The notes under the pieces are model-generated. The model had not been told where the DNA came from. It made no database searches and saw only the letters and a list, made by a program, of their open reading frames with translations. From positions 1,952,001 to 2,016,000 of the forward strand of contig OZ243938.1 of NCBI GenBank assembly GCA_965214095.1: a stretch of 64,000 nucleotides of DNA, given 5' to 3'. Within the stretch, counting starts at the first letter, position 1, and the number at the start of each line of letters is the position of its first letter. Shown piece after piece: positions 41,419-51,047 of this stretch. The stretch is from Candidatus Poribacteria bacterium. Lineage in GTDB: Bacteria > Poribacteria > WGA-4E > WGA-3G. The position numbers and the translations under genes were made by a program.

Positions 41419-42660
41419 CTACTTCTCCTGTGTTTGTCCTGCGACAGCAGATGCACGTGCACCGACACCCAGCACTGCTAAAAATCCTTCCGAATCCGCA
41501 TGATCAAAGTCCCCAATATCTTCCATAGATGCAGTTTCTTCGGAATATAGTGAATGCGGAACGCCACCTGCAGCATGAAATGCTACATTCCCTTTATAGA
41601 GTGCAACCGTAATCGTGCCACTCGCTAAATTGGTGAACTGTTCAACAGATGCTAACATAGATTGTGTGGCAGAATCGAACCAGTAGCCTTCATATATCTG
41701 TTCAGCAACATTGGCGGAAATATCTTCAAAAAGTTTTCTGGCACGTCTATCTATAATCAGTTGTAATAGATATTCATAACACCTACCAAGAAGTTCCATC
41801 CCTGGTGATTCATACACACCACGACTCTTAATTCCAACAAAACGGTTTTCAACGGTATGAATACCGATTCCGACTCCGTTACGTCCGCCAATCCGATTTG
41901 CTTCTATTAAACTCATTAGTGGTGTACAAGGACTTCCATTGATTTCAACAGGGATGCCCCGTGCATAAGTAACACTAAAGTGCTCTATATTATCGGGGGC
42001 ATCTTTTGGGTGTACACCCATCCCAGGTGTGATAAATCCTGCGGGTGTTTTCAACGACTCTAACCTGCCAGCCTCATGTGTTAATCCTAACAAATTTGCA
42101 TCAGTAGAATAAGGTTTCTCATGGGTTGCAGTAATAGGTAGTCCGTGTTTTTCACAGAAGTCTATCATCTCTTTTCTACCACCGAATTGCTTGAGGAATT
42201 CCGCATCACGCCACGGGGCATAAACATCAAAATTTGGATTTAGCATGTTAGTCGCAAGTTGAAATCGGACTTGATCGTTTCCACGTCCAGTGGCACCGTG
42301 CGTTAGAATAGAGATCCCACGACTTTCCATTTCTGGCAACAATGCTTTGACAGTAACATGCCGTGCAATGCCAGTCGTGTTCCAGTATCCTCCTTCATAC
42401 ATCGCCTGACATTGGATGAGTCGTATTCCTTCTTCAGCGAGTGCATCCTTTGCGTCAACGATTACCGCTTCTTTAGCACCACACGCCAACATCCGATCCC
42501 GAATCTCGTCAACGTTTCGTTCATCGGGTTGTCCAAGGTCTGCCGTTAAACAGACTACGTTGACACCGTTGTCAACTAACCACTTTGTTATAGTGCAACT
42601 ATCAAGTCCACCAGAGACTGCTGCTCCGACGGTTTTGCCTTGTAAATCTTGTATATTCAT
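41419..42660 (-). CDS. argG: Argininosuccinate synthase
   Basis: SGGLDS, HGATGRGNDQVRF, YSTDANL, VENRFVGIKSRGVYESPG. The true start is ATG 42660; the track's extension runs into IS sequence. Confidence 0.96.
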   Translation of the reverse strand: MNIQDLQGKTVGAAVSGGLDSCTITKWLVDNGVNVVCLTADLGQPDERNVDEIRDRMLACGAKEAVIVDAKDALAEEGIRLIQCQAMYEGGYWNTTGIARHVTVKALLPEMESRGISILTHGATGRGNDQVRFQLATNMLNPNFDVYAPWRDAEFLKQFGGRKEMIDFCEKHGLPITATHEKPYSTDANLLGLTHEAGRLESLKTPAGFITPGMGVHPKDAPDNIEHFSVTYARGIPVEINGSPCTPLMSLIEANRIGGRNGVGIGIHTVENRFVGIKSRGVYESPGMELLGRCYEYLLQLIIDRRARKLFEDISANVAEQIYEGYWFDSATQSMLASVEQFTNLASGTITVALYKGNVAFHAAGGVPHSLYSEETASMEDIGDFDHADSEGFLAVLGVGARASAVAGQTQEK

Positions 42661-42718
42661 CAATCTTCGGGCAGGAGACCCCGCTGCTTTAGCACGGGGA
42701 GGAATGCCCGCTCCTCTA

Positions 42719-44177
42719 GGGTGTGTAAAGTTTTTGGCATGAAATTGCCTTGAATGGAGTTCTTGCTTTGCATGTATACACATGGTATCCTAACCTAATA
42801 AATAAATCACAAGTTTAGGAGAGGATACCAATGTCAAGTATATCATTAAGTGTTCATGAAAGCAACGATTACGAAGATGATTTTAGAAAGATTGTTAAAG
42901 AAGTAAACGATCTCTATGGAGACATCAATGTTAACGAGAGTTTATCTTTAGATGATGTTGAAGTTCGTGTTTTTGAAGCATTTCGTTCTCTTGAACAAAA
43001 GTTTTTAGAAATGTGTGTCTCTAAAAAGGCAAGTAAGCAAGAGAGTGAACCTGTTGAATGTCCAGAGTGTAAAGCACCTTGCCGTCCATTACGCAAGCGT
43101 GCGAAACATCTAACAACTCTTTGTGGCAAAATAAATATAAGGCGTTGGGTGTATTGTTGTGAACACGGACATAGGCATGCCCCGTGGGAAGTCAAACAGA
43201 AGTTATCGGATCAATACACGCATCGTGTCGCTGAAGCGATGTGTCGTTTGTCTGCGCGGCTTGACTATAGGGAAGCATCAGAGGAGTTGTCTCATCAAGG
43301 TATAGAAGTGAGTCACACGACACTTCATCAAAGTGTGTGTAAGTTGGCAGAAGATTTGGATGTATGTGAACAAGTAGAGGCTCAAGAACTTAAGGAAAAT
43401 CAGCGTTGGTATGTGAGTTGCGATGGGTGCCACACGAACTCTCCGGATGGGTGGAAAGAGGTGAAAGTGGGGTGTATTTACAGAGATTATCCACAACCTG
43501 TTTCGGGTGGGACCCCGAGTGTGAGAACAGAAAGTATTCGGTATGTTGCGGGTCGTCAAAATGCCGCCGCTTTTGGTAAGAAGTTGTATGCGTTAGCACT
43601 AAAAAGTGGCATCTATCAAAAAGATATAAATACACAAGTGATTGTATTTATCGGAGATGGTGCTGCATGGATTTGGAACCTTTGTAAAGAATACTTTCCT
43701 AATGCTGTTCAGATTGTGGATTATCCACACGCCGTGTCTCATCTGTATGATGTTGCGAAACTTGTGTTTGAAGAGACAGAAACGGAGTTGTTTGAAGCGT
43801 GGACAAAAGAAACAGAATGTTTTCTGCATGATGGGAACATCGCAGAAGTTGCCTCAAGTATTCGTGCCTTAGCCACACAGCACCCAGAGGTGTCAGAGAG
43901 TTTAGAAAGAGAAGCAAGATATTTTGAAAAACATGCCAACCGCATGCAGTATAAAGCGTTTAGAGAAAAAGGGTATATGATTGGAAGCGGTGTGATTGAA
44001 AGTGCGTGTAAACATGTTGTCGGAGAAAGGTGTAAACAAGCAGCTATGAGATGGGAAAAACGGGGCATCAATGTTGTGCTAAAGTGGAGATGTTTGTCAA
44101 AGAATAAGGCTTGGGACAGATATTGGTATCCAAACACAAAAGCAGCATGATGTTCATGCCAAAAACTTTACACACCC
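42719..44177 (+). mobile_element. ISKra4/ISLre2-like (prokaryotic Mutator-like) insertion sequence
   Basis: Perfect 25-bp TIR GGGTGTGTAAAGTTTTTGGCATGAA; 9-bp TSD GCTCCTCTA at 42710-42718 and 44178-44186. Confidence 0.92.
42831..44150 (+). CDS. ISKra4-like (UPF0236) DDE transposase
   Basis: SCDG, GDGAAWI, DYPHAVSHL, IGSGVIESACK...MRW. Confidence 0.9.
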   Translation: MSSISLSVHESNDYEDDFRKIVKEVNDLYGDINVNESLSLDDVEVRVFEAFRSLEQKFLEMCVSKKASKQESEPVECPECKAPCRPLRKRAKHLTTLCGKINIRRWVYCCEHGHRHAPWEVKQKLSDQYTHRVAEAMCRLSARLDYREASEELSHQGIEVSHTTLHQSVCKLAEDLDVCEQVEAQELKENQRWYVSCDGCHTNSPDGWKEVKVGCIYRDYPQPVSGGTPSVRTESIRYVAGRQNAAAFGKKLYALALKSGIYQKDINTQVIVFIGDGAAWIWNLCKEYFPNAVQIVDYPHAVSHLYDVAKLVFEETETELFEAWTKETECFLHDGNIAEVASSIRALATQHPEVSESLEREARYFEKHANRMQYKAFREKGYMIGSGVIESACKHVVGERCKQAAMRWEKRGINVVLKWRCLSKNKAWDRYWYPNTKAA

Positions 44178-44222
44178 GCTCCTCTATTTTTTCTTGACAT
44201 TTGTTGTCAAATATGTTAGACT

Positions 44223-44316
44223 CTTCTCAGCATAGTTTTTTGGTAGAGAGGAAATCCGCTTCGCTTGAGGCGGTCTCTACCATAACTACATTGCCCCGGG
44301 AACTATGCTGGAGAAG
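44223..44316 (+). ncRNA. Putative structured 5' leader of tnpB
   Basis: Nested stems; same architecture at 45701-45777; downstream of TTGACA(44194)-17-TAGACT(44217). Confidence 0.45.
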
Positions 44317-44322
44317 GAAACT

Positions 44323-45368
44323 ATGCGAACCTATAAATATAAGATCCGCAACCATCCCAAGAACAAACGCTTTGGCAATATGCTGGCAGGAACAGAATGC
44401 AACCCCATCTGACGAAGTTGCTCAAGACGACCAAGAAACATTGGGCTTGGATACCTCGTGACACTTTGGACGCTGCGATTATCCGTGTTGACACTGCTTA
44501 TCAACGTTTCTTTGCGGGTAAAGGCGGAAAACCCAAGTTTAAGCGCAGGCACAGATATAAGTCTGCCAAGTTCCAAAGCGGCTATAAACTTGAAGAAGGC
44601 AGAGTTCGGATATCCTTTAAATCGTGGAACGCCACCACACAATCTCTGAAGTTTGACAAACGTTGGTTTTCTTTCCATCAACACCGTCCTTGGAAGGGGA
44701 ATGTCCGCTATATCCAAATCCTTCTCGATAGTGCAGGTGACTATTGGCTCTATATTATCACAGACGACGATTCTGCCGAACCCTTTACGCACACAGGTGA
44801 GAACGTTGGTATTGATTTTGGTCTGAAGTCGTTTTTGACATTGAGCACTGGTGAAAAGATAGAGTCTCCGCAGTTCCACAAACACTCTTTGAAACAACTT
44901 CGCCAACTGAATAAATCCGTGAGTCGCAAAATCAAAGGGTCTAACAACTGGTTCCGTGCTATCAGACACCTCGCACGGCATTATATCAAGATAGCAAACC
45001 AACGCAGAGATTGGCACTGGAAACTTGCGACAGACTTGTGCAGACGGTTTGATGTGATTGCCACCGAAACGTTGAACCTTGATGGCATGAAGCGGTTGTG
45101 GGGACGGAAAGTCTCCGATCTCGGTTTCTATCAGTTTATTCAATTGTTGAGTTTCAAGTGTTTTAAGCATGATAAACAATTCCATCAAATCGGACAATGG
45201 ACACCGACAACAAAACCTTGTAGCACCTGCGGACATAAAAACGAAAATCTTTCTCTCAATGATAGACAGTGGACATGCACTCAATGCAAATCTCAACATG
45301 ATAGAGATGTCAATGCTGCTATCAATATATTGCGGGCTGCTTATGATCCCGTTGTGGAGCAGATGTGA
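44323..45368 (+). pseudogene. tnpB: TnpB with N-terminal deletion/frameshift
   Basis: ATG 44323 gives MRTYKYKIRNHPKNKRFGNML and soon stops. The 44397 frame has RuvC motifs GIDFG, IATETL and HDRDVNAA plus the CxxC/CxxC zinc finger. Confidence 0.8.
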
Positions 45369-45616
45369 GACGGATGTTCTCTTCGGAGAACAACGCAAAC
45401 TGCTACGAAGCACAAGCCCCACGCTTTAGCGTGTGGGTGCTATGACAATCGGAATTATATCACGATAGTACAAAAATCGCAATAATCATATCTTAGCAAA
45501 AGCATTTAATTGTCGTGATTCAATATTGTTGGAGGGGTTTTTAACCCCAATTCCTGTGCCAAGGTGAATTTTGCTTGCCGAACTGACGTGTATCTCCAAT
45601 TTTTACCAAACGTTGC

Positions 45617-46129
45617 GGTGTGAAAGCCCAAGTCTTTAGATTTGGGATGAAACACCGCCAAAAACCTTGATTTTATTCAAGTAATGTGGTATACTCTATA
45701 TATCAACTGGATAGGAGAGCAATCATCTACTCTCTGTAGATGTCCTATCCAATCCGATTGCTCGGACAGAGTTGATGTTGATACTCTCAACGATACCACA
45801 TTCGGTTGTATACACTGCAAGTTATGATCCTTGCCAGTCGTTTGTGATGCGTTCTGAAATCGCTTTATGAGATTGTGGCGGTGTTCCCTCCACAACCGCG
45901 AGAAATAACAGAACAATAGACAAAGTATCTGGGACGATTTTGGGGTAATAAAGTAGTCCCTGTTAGTCGTGTCTTGGCGGACACCCCCACAATTGCTGTG
46001 CTGGTAAACTTGGCTTGAACCCAAGTGAGTAGTCTATAAGTCTATAAAAGATGCCCACATCTTCAAAAAACTTCCGAAGTGAGAAGATAACCTAAAGAAC
46101 CCCAATCCTTTAGGTTTGGGAGCCGTCAG
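45617..46129 (+). mobile_element. Decayed non-autonomous IS200/IS605-type element
   Basis: Left hairpin AAGCCCAAGTCTTTAGATTTGGG; right hairpin CCCCAATCCTTTAGGTTTGGG; promoter TTGATT-17-TATACT; no intact ORF. Confidence 0.6.
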
Positions 46130-46297
46130 AAAAGGTTTAGTCCGAAGTATCTTCAGAAAACCTTTACGACATTAAATGAATATGGATTTGAAGTAGGACT
46201 ACGTAGACTTGAAGCGGATGATATTGAGATGATCAGACAATTAGAACGAATAATGCGACAGAAACGACCTACCCAACGAAATAATCGCAAAAATTAA
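46130..46297 (+). pseudogene. 3' remnant of a gene truncated at the IS end
   Basis: Start-less open frame KRFSPKYLQKTFTTLNEYGFEVGLRRLEADD... Confidence 0.4.
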
Positions 46298-46333
46298 ACT
46301 CTTGAAGGAGAAAATAATCTCTTGGAGGAACAA

Positions 46334-47140
46334 GTGAAAGTTATACCCACAGTTGTGTTAATTTTTATTTTATGCACGGTTGTATCCTGTGTTCAAACAA
46401 TAGAGGCACCTGTTAACAAATATGAGGGACCAAGACCACAAACGCCTGAGACTATTCTTGAAGCATTTAAAGATGTTCCCAGTAAATGGCTGCGAAGAAG
46501 TTATGAGAAATATCCTGCAACTAAATGGTTCCAAATACTTATTGATAAAGGTATTGTGATTGAAGATTCTGATGATTTTGATCAGTATCTGATGCTGCGT
46601 GAGCGTTTAATACAGGAGGAGCGTAGATATTTATCTGAACCAGATATGTGGCTGCCAAAAAAATATTTCGGAAAAACATACAATAGCTGGGAAACCTATA
46701 AAGATGCTTTCATTGACAGAAAAATTTGGGAATACCAACAAATAAAAACTGCAAAACAGGCAGACCCTTCTGTATACCGAGTTAAATTCCTAGGCCCCGA
46801 TGGTAGAACCGTTCTTCCGCTTCCCGAAAAAAGCGTTGTCATTAAGAGAGTACATCGGGGATATGCTGGAAATAGAGGAACAAGTAGCAATGCTAAACTT
46901 TCTGAGCAACAAATGTTTGACATCGTATATAAAGGGAAACACCCACGGGGTTGGAAAGTCGTTTATATTGATAATATGAGCAACATTCTTCCTGAAAGAC
47001 CGACACCGATCAGCCGAGAGGAACTTGGACTTCCCCCTGATGTGCCGTGGCCCCCAAAAAGCCGAGCACACTTAGAGCGTATTTTTGAGGAAGTAAAACA
47101 AGGTCGCTATAACAACTATAACAACTTTGGGGATAATTAA
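46334..47140 (+). CDS. Hypothetical lipoprotein
   Basis: GGAGG SD; VVSC lipobox-like motif. Confidence 0.65.
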   Translation: MKVIPTVVLIFILCTVVSCVQTIEAPVNKYEGPRPQTPETILEAFKDVPSKWLRRSYEKYPATKWFQILIDKGIVIEDSDDFDQYLMLRERLIQEERRYLSEPDMWLPKKYFGKTYNSWETYKDAFIDRKIWEYQQIKTAKQADPSVYRVKFLGPDGRTVLPLPEKSVVIKRVHRGYAGNRGTSSNAKLSEQQMFDIVYKGKHPRGWKVVYIDNMSNILPERPTPISREELGLPPDVPWPPKSRAHLERIFEEVKQGRYNNYNNFGDN

Positions 47141-47423
47141 TGAGACTTTCTTGATTTTAGGCGTTATTTGTTTGTGTGTAATCGCTACATGTTTTGTGGT
47201 ATACGCAACAATTGGATTTCCTAAGTCTATCCAACCTGCTATGCAGGGATCCTCTGTTACGTCTCAGGGTGCAGCTGTGAAAAAGAAAAGAAAATCTTGC
47301 AGCTGCTGCCCAACACGCGAAGAACGAATTAGGCGTGGAAAGATACTCAGAGAGAAAATGGAACAGGCATGGACAGAACAGGAAAGAGAAAAACAAAAAT
47401 CTATCCAGACACCTTCCAGATAA
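47127..47423 (+). CDS. Small membrane-anchored hypothetical protein (CxCC motif)
   Basis: TM segment, then KKKRKSCSCC. Confidence 0.55.
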   Translation: MGIINETFLILGVICLCVIATCFVVYATIGFPKSIQPAMQGSSVTSQGAAVKKKRKSCSCCPTREERIRRGKILREKMEQAWTEQEREKQKSIQTPSR

Positions 47424-47426
47424 TTC

Positions 47427-47860
47427 ATGCTACAACAAACAGGTCCGCTATTTTTCGCCGTTACACGTTTTTTTTTAGCACTGTGTATCTTTGCAGTTAT
47501 TAGTTCGCCCAGATTTTTTGCGTTATCGGCACATTGGTCAAGCGATGAGGCGCGGTGGCTCAATAGAAGTGCTGACTTCATGGATGCTGTTACCCGTGGA
47601 GACTTCTCTGAAACACTTATTGCGTATCACCCTGGCGTCATAACGATGTGGGTTTCGGGGTTACGGACATTCTTTTTAGAAATACATTTAGATGTTGCGA
47701 ACTTAGCAGCTGCGCGATGATTTATTGGTTTGGCAGTGTGGTTTGGCATTGGTGTCTGTGGTATTCTGATTATCCGTCTGTTTGGACTTTGGGAAGCAAT
47801 AACAAGTGTTGTGTTTCTGGCTTTTTCACCCTTCTTCTTAGCGCAGGCAAGGCGTAGAGG
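47427..47860 (+). pseudogene. ArnT/PMT (GT39/83-like) glycosyltransferase fragment
   Basis: DE..W and HPGV motifs; in-frame TGA at 47718; truncated after LAFSPFFLAQARR. Confidence 0.65.
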
Positions 47861-47865
47861 TCACT

Positions 47866-48459
47866 GTGCTCACCCCGGATACGCCGATGTTTTCACGAGT
47901 GGCATCCGATCACACTGTTAACCTGCAAACCTATCGTTACTGTTTTCCGCGTAGGTTGCAGCAGCTCGGTTATTCTAATACACTGATCAATGATTGCGAG
48001 TTGAAAAAGTATGTTTATCTCCTTGCACCTTTTATGTTTTTATTCGCCATCTTTCGCCTGTTCCGTTTACACCGTAAACATCAGTTTGATGTCATTCATG
48101 CGCATTGGCTTTTGCCAAACGGATTTATAGGGGCGATTATTTGTAAGTTGTGTAAAATCCCACTGGTGATTAAACTTCACGGCTCTGATATCTTCGTTTC
48201 AAAACTCAATCCTATGTTCAAATCAATGGCAAAATGGACACTCACACATGTTGCGATGGTAACGAGTGTGACACCCTCATTTTTACCGGAGCTCGCAGCA
48301 TTAGGCGTTCCGCAAGAAAAGCGGTGTCTCATTCCCAATAGCGTGACCCCAGAAGTATTCCCGTTCCCACCTCATAATCAGTTAGCGACACTGCGAGAGA
48401 AGCTTTCGATCCCAGAAGATCACCTTGTCCTTTTTGCGTTGGGTCGGATCGTATTATAG
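47866..48459 (+). pseudogene. GT4 glycosyltransferase fragment
   Basis: DVIHAHWLLPNG, LHGSDI, IPN; ends at GRIV where a TATAGT repeat end begins. Confidence 0.7.
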
Positions 48460-48546
48460 TGACATTTAGAATTATTGATACATTTTTTGTTTTTTGTTAG
48501 AATATGTTCCCTATGGCACATTCACCAGATTTATGAAAACGGATTT

Positions 48547-48665
48547 TATAGTGGAATTTACAATTAATAGGACACGCCTCAGCGGGCGAGGAAACCTCGC
48601 CCCTACGGGACTTGTGGTACTTGAAAGCGCATTGAAATGTCTTCTTAATTCTAAACTTTACTATA
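48547..48665. mobile_element. MITE-like element TATAGT...ACTATA with core CGGGCGAGGAAACCTCGCCCCTAC
   Basis: Inverted ends; an additional orphan left end at 48455. Confidence 0.65.
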
Positions 48666-48830
48666 GTTTTCGGATTTTTGTTCAATATTATTCACAAACG
48701 TTAGATTTATTATGGGTTGTATTCCTATTTGTCTGAACCAGGATTTTCAGGATTAGTAGATTTTCAGGATTATGAGTTTGGCTCTCCAAAGTTCCTATCA
48801 AAACCGTTGCATCCTATACCAAAAATATGT

Positions 48831-48859
48831 TTGACACTCTTAAATTCATGTGTTATACT
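48831..48859 (+). promoter_or_regulatory. sigma70 promoter for tRNA-tilS-hpt
   Basis: TTGACA-17-TATACT. Confidence 0.7.
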
Positions 48860-48878
48860 TAACTAATGACTATAATGT

Positions 48879-48950
48879 GCCGGTGTAGCTCAGTGGTAGA
48901 GCACACGACTCATAATCGTGCTGTCCGGAGTTCAACTCTCCGCACCGGCA
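48879..48950 (+). tRNA. tRNA with CAT anticodon (Ile2 or elongator Met)
   Basis: Cloverleaf GCCGGTG/CACCGGC; anticodon arm CACGA-CTCATAA-TCGTG; no encoded CCA. Confidence 0.92.
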
Positions 48951-48972
48951 TTTTTCTTTGAAGGTTCACCTC

Positions 48973-50388
48973 ATGGAAACCCGTTTTGTGCGAGAGATGT
49001 ATCGCTTCATTTCACAGCACACGATGATTGAGGATGAAGAAACCGTACTCGTTGCAGTCTCTGGCGGTGCAGACTCCCTTGCATTGCTTTACGGGTTGCA
49101 TGCCCTATATACACATCTAAACTGCTACCTATATGTCGCCCACCTAAATCACGGTCTTCGTGAAGATTCTGCTGCTGACGCTGAATTTGTCCACGAACAC
49201 GCTAAACAGTTAGGTCTACCTTTTGCAGAGCAATCTATAGACTTACATCGTTTGAATAAAGAGTGGAAACTATCTGTTGAAGCTGCAGGACGCAAAGCGC
49301 GTTACGAATTTTACGAATCTGTCTGTGCCCAGACAGGTGCGACTAAAGTGGCTCTCGGACATCATCAGGATGATTCTGCTGAAACAGTTTTAATGAACTT
49401 AATTCGTGGCGTTGGGTCTACAGGTTTGAAAGGCATTGAACCCGTTAGAGATGAAAAGTTTATCCGACCACTTTTAAGATTCAACCGCACAGAAATTGAA
49501 ACCTATCTTACGACAATAGACGTTGTACCAAGACAGGATTCAACGAACAAAGACACACAATTTCTGCGCAACAGAATCCGTCATGAGTTGATTCCTCTTC
49601 TTGAACAAAATTATAACCCAAATATCATATCAGGATTAGTCCGTACAGCAGATATTATAGGTGCTGAATCGGAATTTCTTGATGAAATGACACGTGAAGC
49701 TTATGTTGTTTGTAATCTGGAGTTTTCCCAATCTAAAGACATAACATTAGATAGAACTAAATTTCTACATCATCACACTGTTCTGCAAAGAAGAATTATA
49801 AGACATAGCATCGCCGAATCAATTGGACATATCAGTGATTTCTCTTTTGATCATTGCAACGCTATCCTCAACATCATCAATGGGGAAAAACCGAATGCAG
49901 CGATTACATTACCAAACGGTCTGCATTTTAGACGAACTTATCAGCAACTCATTTTTGAAAGCACACCTGCCCATTCACAAGATTATAATTGTTTGCTTAA
50001 CATTCCGGGTGATACATATATTTCGGAGTTAGATGTAGAAATTCAAGCAGACTTATATGACATTCCACAAGGAGATATTTCTGCCGTTCCTGATGGAACT
50101 TATGAGGCAATGTTTGATTATGGTGCAATTCAATTGCCTTTGACCGTCCGTAATCGGCAGAAAGGCGATAGATTTCAACCTTATGGGATGGAAGGAACTA
50201 AAAAGATTAAAGACTATTTGATGGATGAAAAAGTTCCACTTTGTGAACGAGACCGAATCCCGTTGCTTATTAGCGGGAATGATATTATTTGGGTTATCGG
50301 TTTTACAACCCATGAAAGGTATAAAGTTCACCATCAAACGCAAAGCATTCTTCACTTGTATTATGGAAATAGAGAAATCAACACCTAA
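48973..50388 (+). CDS. tilS: tRNA(Ile)-lysidine synthetase
   Basis: AVSGGADS, HLNHGLR, GHHQDDSAET, RNRIRH, C-terminal GDRFQP. Confidence 0.95.
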   Translation: METRFVREMYRFISQHTMIEDEETVLVAVSGGADSLALLYGLHALYTHLNCYLYVAHLNHGLREDSAADAEFVHEHAKQLGLPFAEQSIDLHRLNKEWKLSVEAAGRKARYEFYESVCAQTGATKVALGHHQDDSAETVLMNLIRGVGSTGLKGIEPVRDEKFIRPLLRFNRTEIETYLTTIDVVPRQDSTNKDTQFLRNRIRHELIPLLEQNYNPNIISGLVRTADIIGAESEFLDEMTREAYVVCNLEFSQSKDITLDRTKFLHHHTVLQRRIIRHSIAESIGHISDFSFDHCNAILNIINGEKPNAAITLPNGLHFRRTYQQLIFESTPAHSQDYNCLLNIPGDTYISELDVEIQADLYDIPQGDISAVPDGTYEAMFDYGAIQLPLTVRNRQKGDRFQPYGMEGTKKIKDYLMDEKVPLCERDRIPLLISGNDIIWVIGFTTHERYKVHHQTQSILHLYYGNREINT

Positions 50389-50914
50389 TTCTATCCTGAT
50401 TTCTGAATCAGAGATTCGGAATAGGATTCAAGAACTTGGCAAGCAAATAACACACGACTATGAAAACCAAGAACTTGTGCTTATCTGTGTACTGCGAGGT
50501 GCCACACTCTTTTTTGCAGATCTTGTTCGGGAAATCTCTCTACCATTGAGGTTTGAATTTCTACAAACATCAAGCTACAACGATAGTACTGAACCTTCTA
50601 AGAACATTGAGTTTATTCGAGAGGGCAGCAATTATGTTAAACAGAAGCATGTCCTTATTGTAGAAGACATCATTGACACAGGACAAACACTGAAATTTCT
50701 TATCAAACATCTACAATCATTAGAACCAAAGACTATCAAGATTTGTACACTTCTTGATAAACCCTCTCGCCGTCAATTTTCTGTTTCTGTTGATTATATC
50801 GGTTTTGAGATTCCAAACGTGTTTGTAGTAGGTTACGGTCTTGATTATAGTCAGATGTATAGAAATCTCCCGTACATTGCAGTTATAGAATCGTCTACTA
50901 TAAACACATCCTAA
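50363..50914 (+). CDS. hpt: Hypoxanthine phosphoribosyltransferase
   Basis: VLIVEDIIDTGQT, LLDKP, FVVGYGLDY; start at ATG 50363. Confidence 0.95.
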   Translation: MEIEKSTPNSILISESEIRNRIQELGKQITHDYENQELVLICVLRGATLFFADLVREISLPLRFEFLQTSSYNDSTEPSKNIEFIREGSNYVKQKHVLIVEDIIDTGQTLKFLIKHLQSLEPKTIKICTLLDKPSRRQFSVSVDYIGFEIPNVFVVGYGLDYSQMYRNLPYIAVIESSTINTS

Positions 50915-51047
50915 AATTCAAATGAAATATAGAACATATTTGGAATCAAAACTTTTCAGAATACAGACATTTTTTCTTGACAACAGAATAGTAATTTGCT
51001 ACACTTTCATAAGGTAAAAGCATATCAATTCAGGAAGGAGAATTTAG

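Larger units (their letters stand above)
42661..45446 (+). mobile_element. IS200/IS605-family tnpB-only (IS1341-like) element, interrupted by a second IS
   Basis: Left hairpin CCCCGCTGCTTTAGCACGGGG; right hairpin CCCCACGCTTTAGCGTGTGGG ending in TGAC; tnpB inside; no tnpA. Confidence 0.75.

Noticed and set aside
42661-42783. N-terminal extension of ArgG in the ORF track
   Set aside because: It reads through IS ends; ArgG homology begins at ATG 42660
44331-45422. 363-aa minus-strand ORF
   Set aside because: Antisense shadow of tnpB with no recognisable motifs
25084-50914. tilS-hpt separated from ftsH-folP as a recent rearrangement
   Set aside because: These genes are adjacent in many bacteria, but nothing here dates or locates a breakpoint
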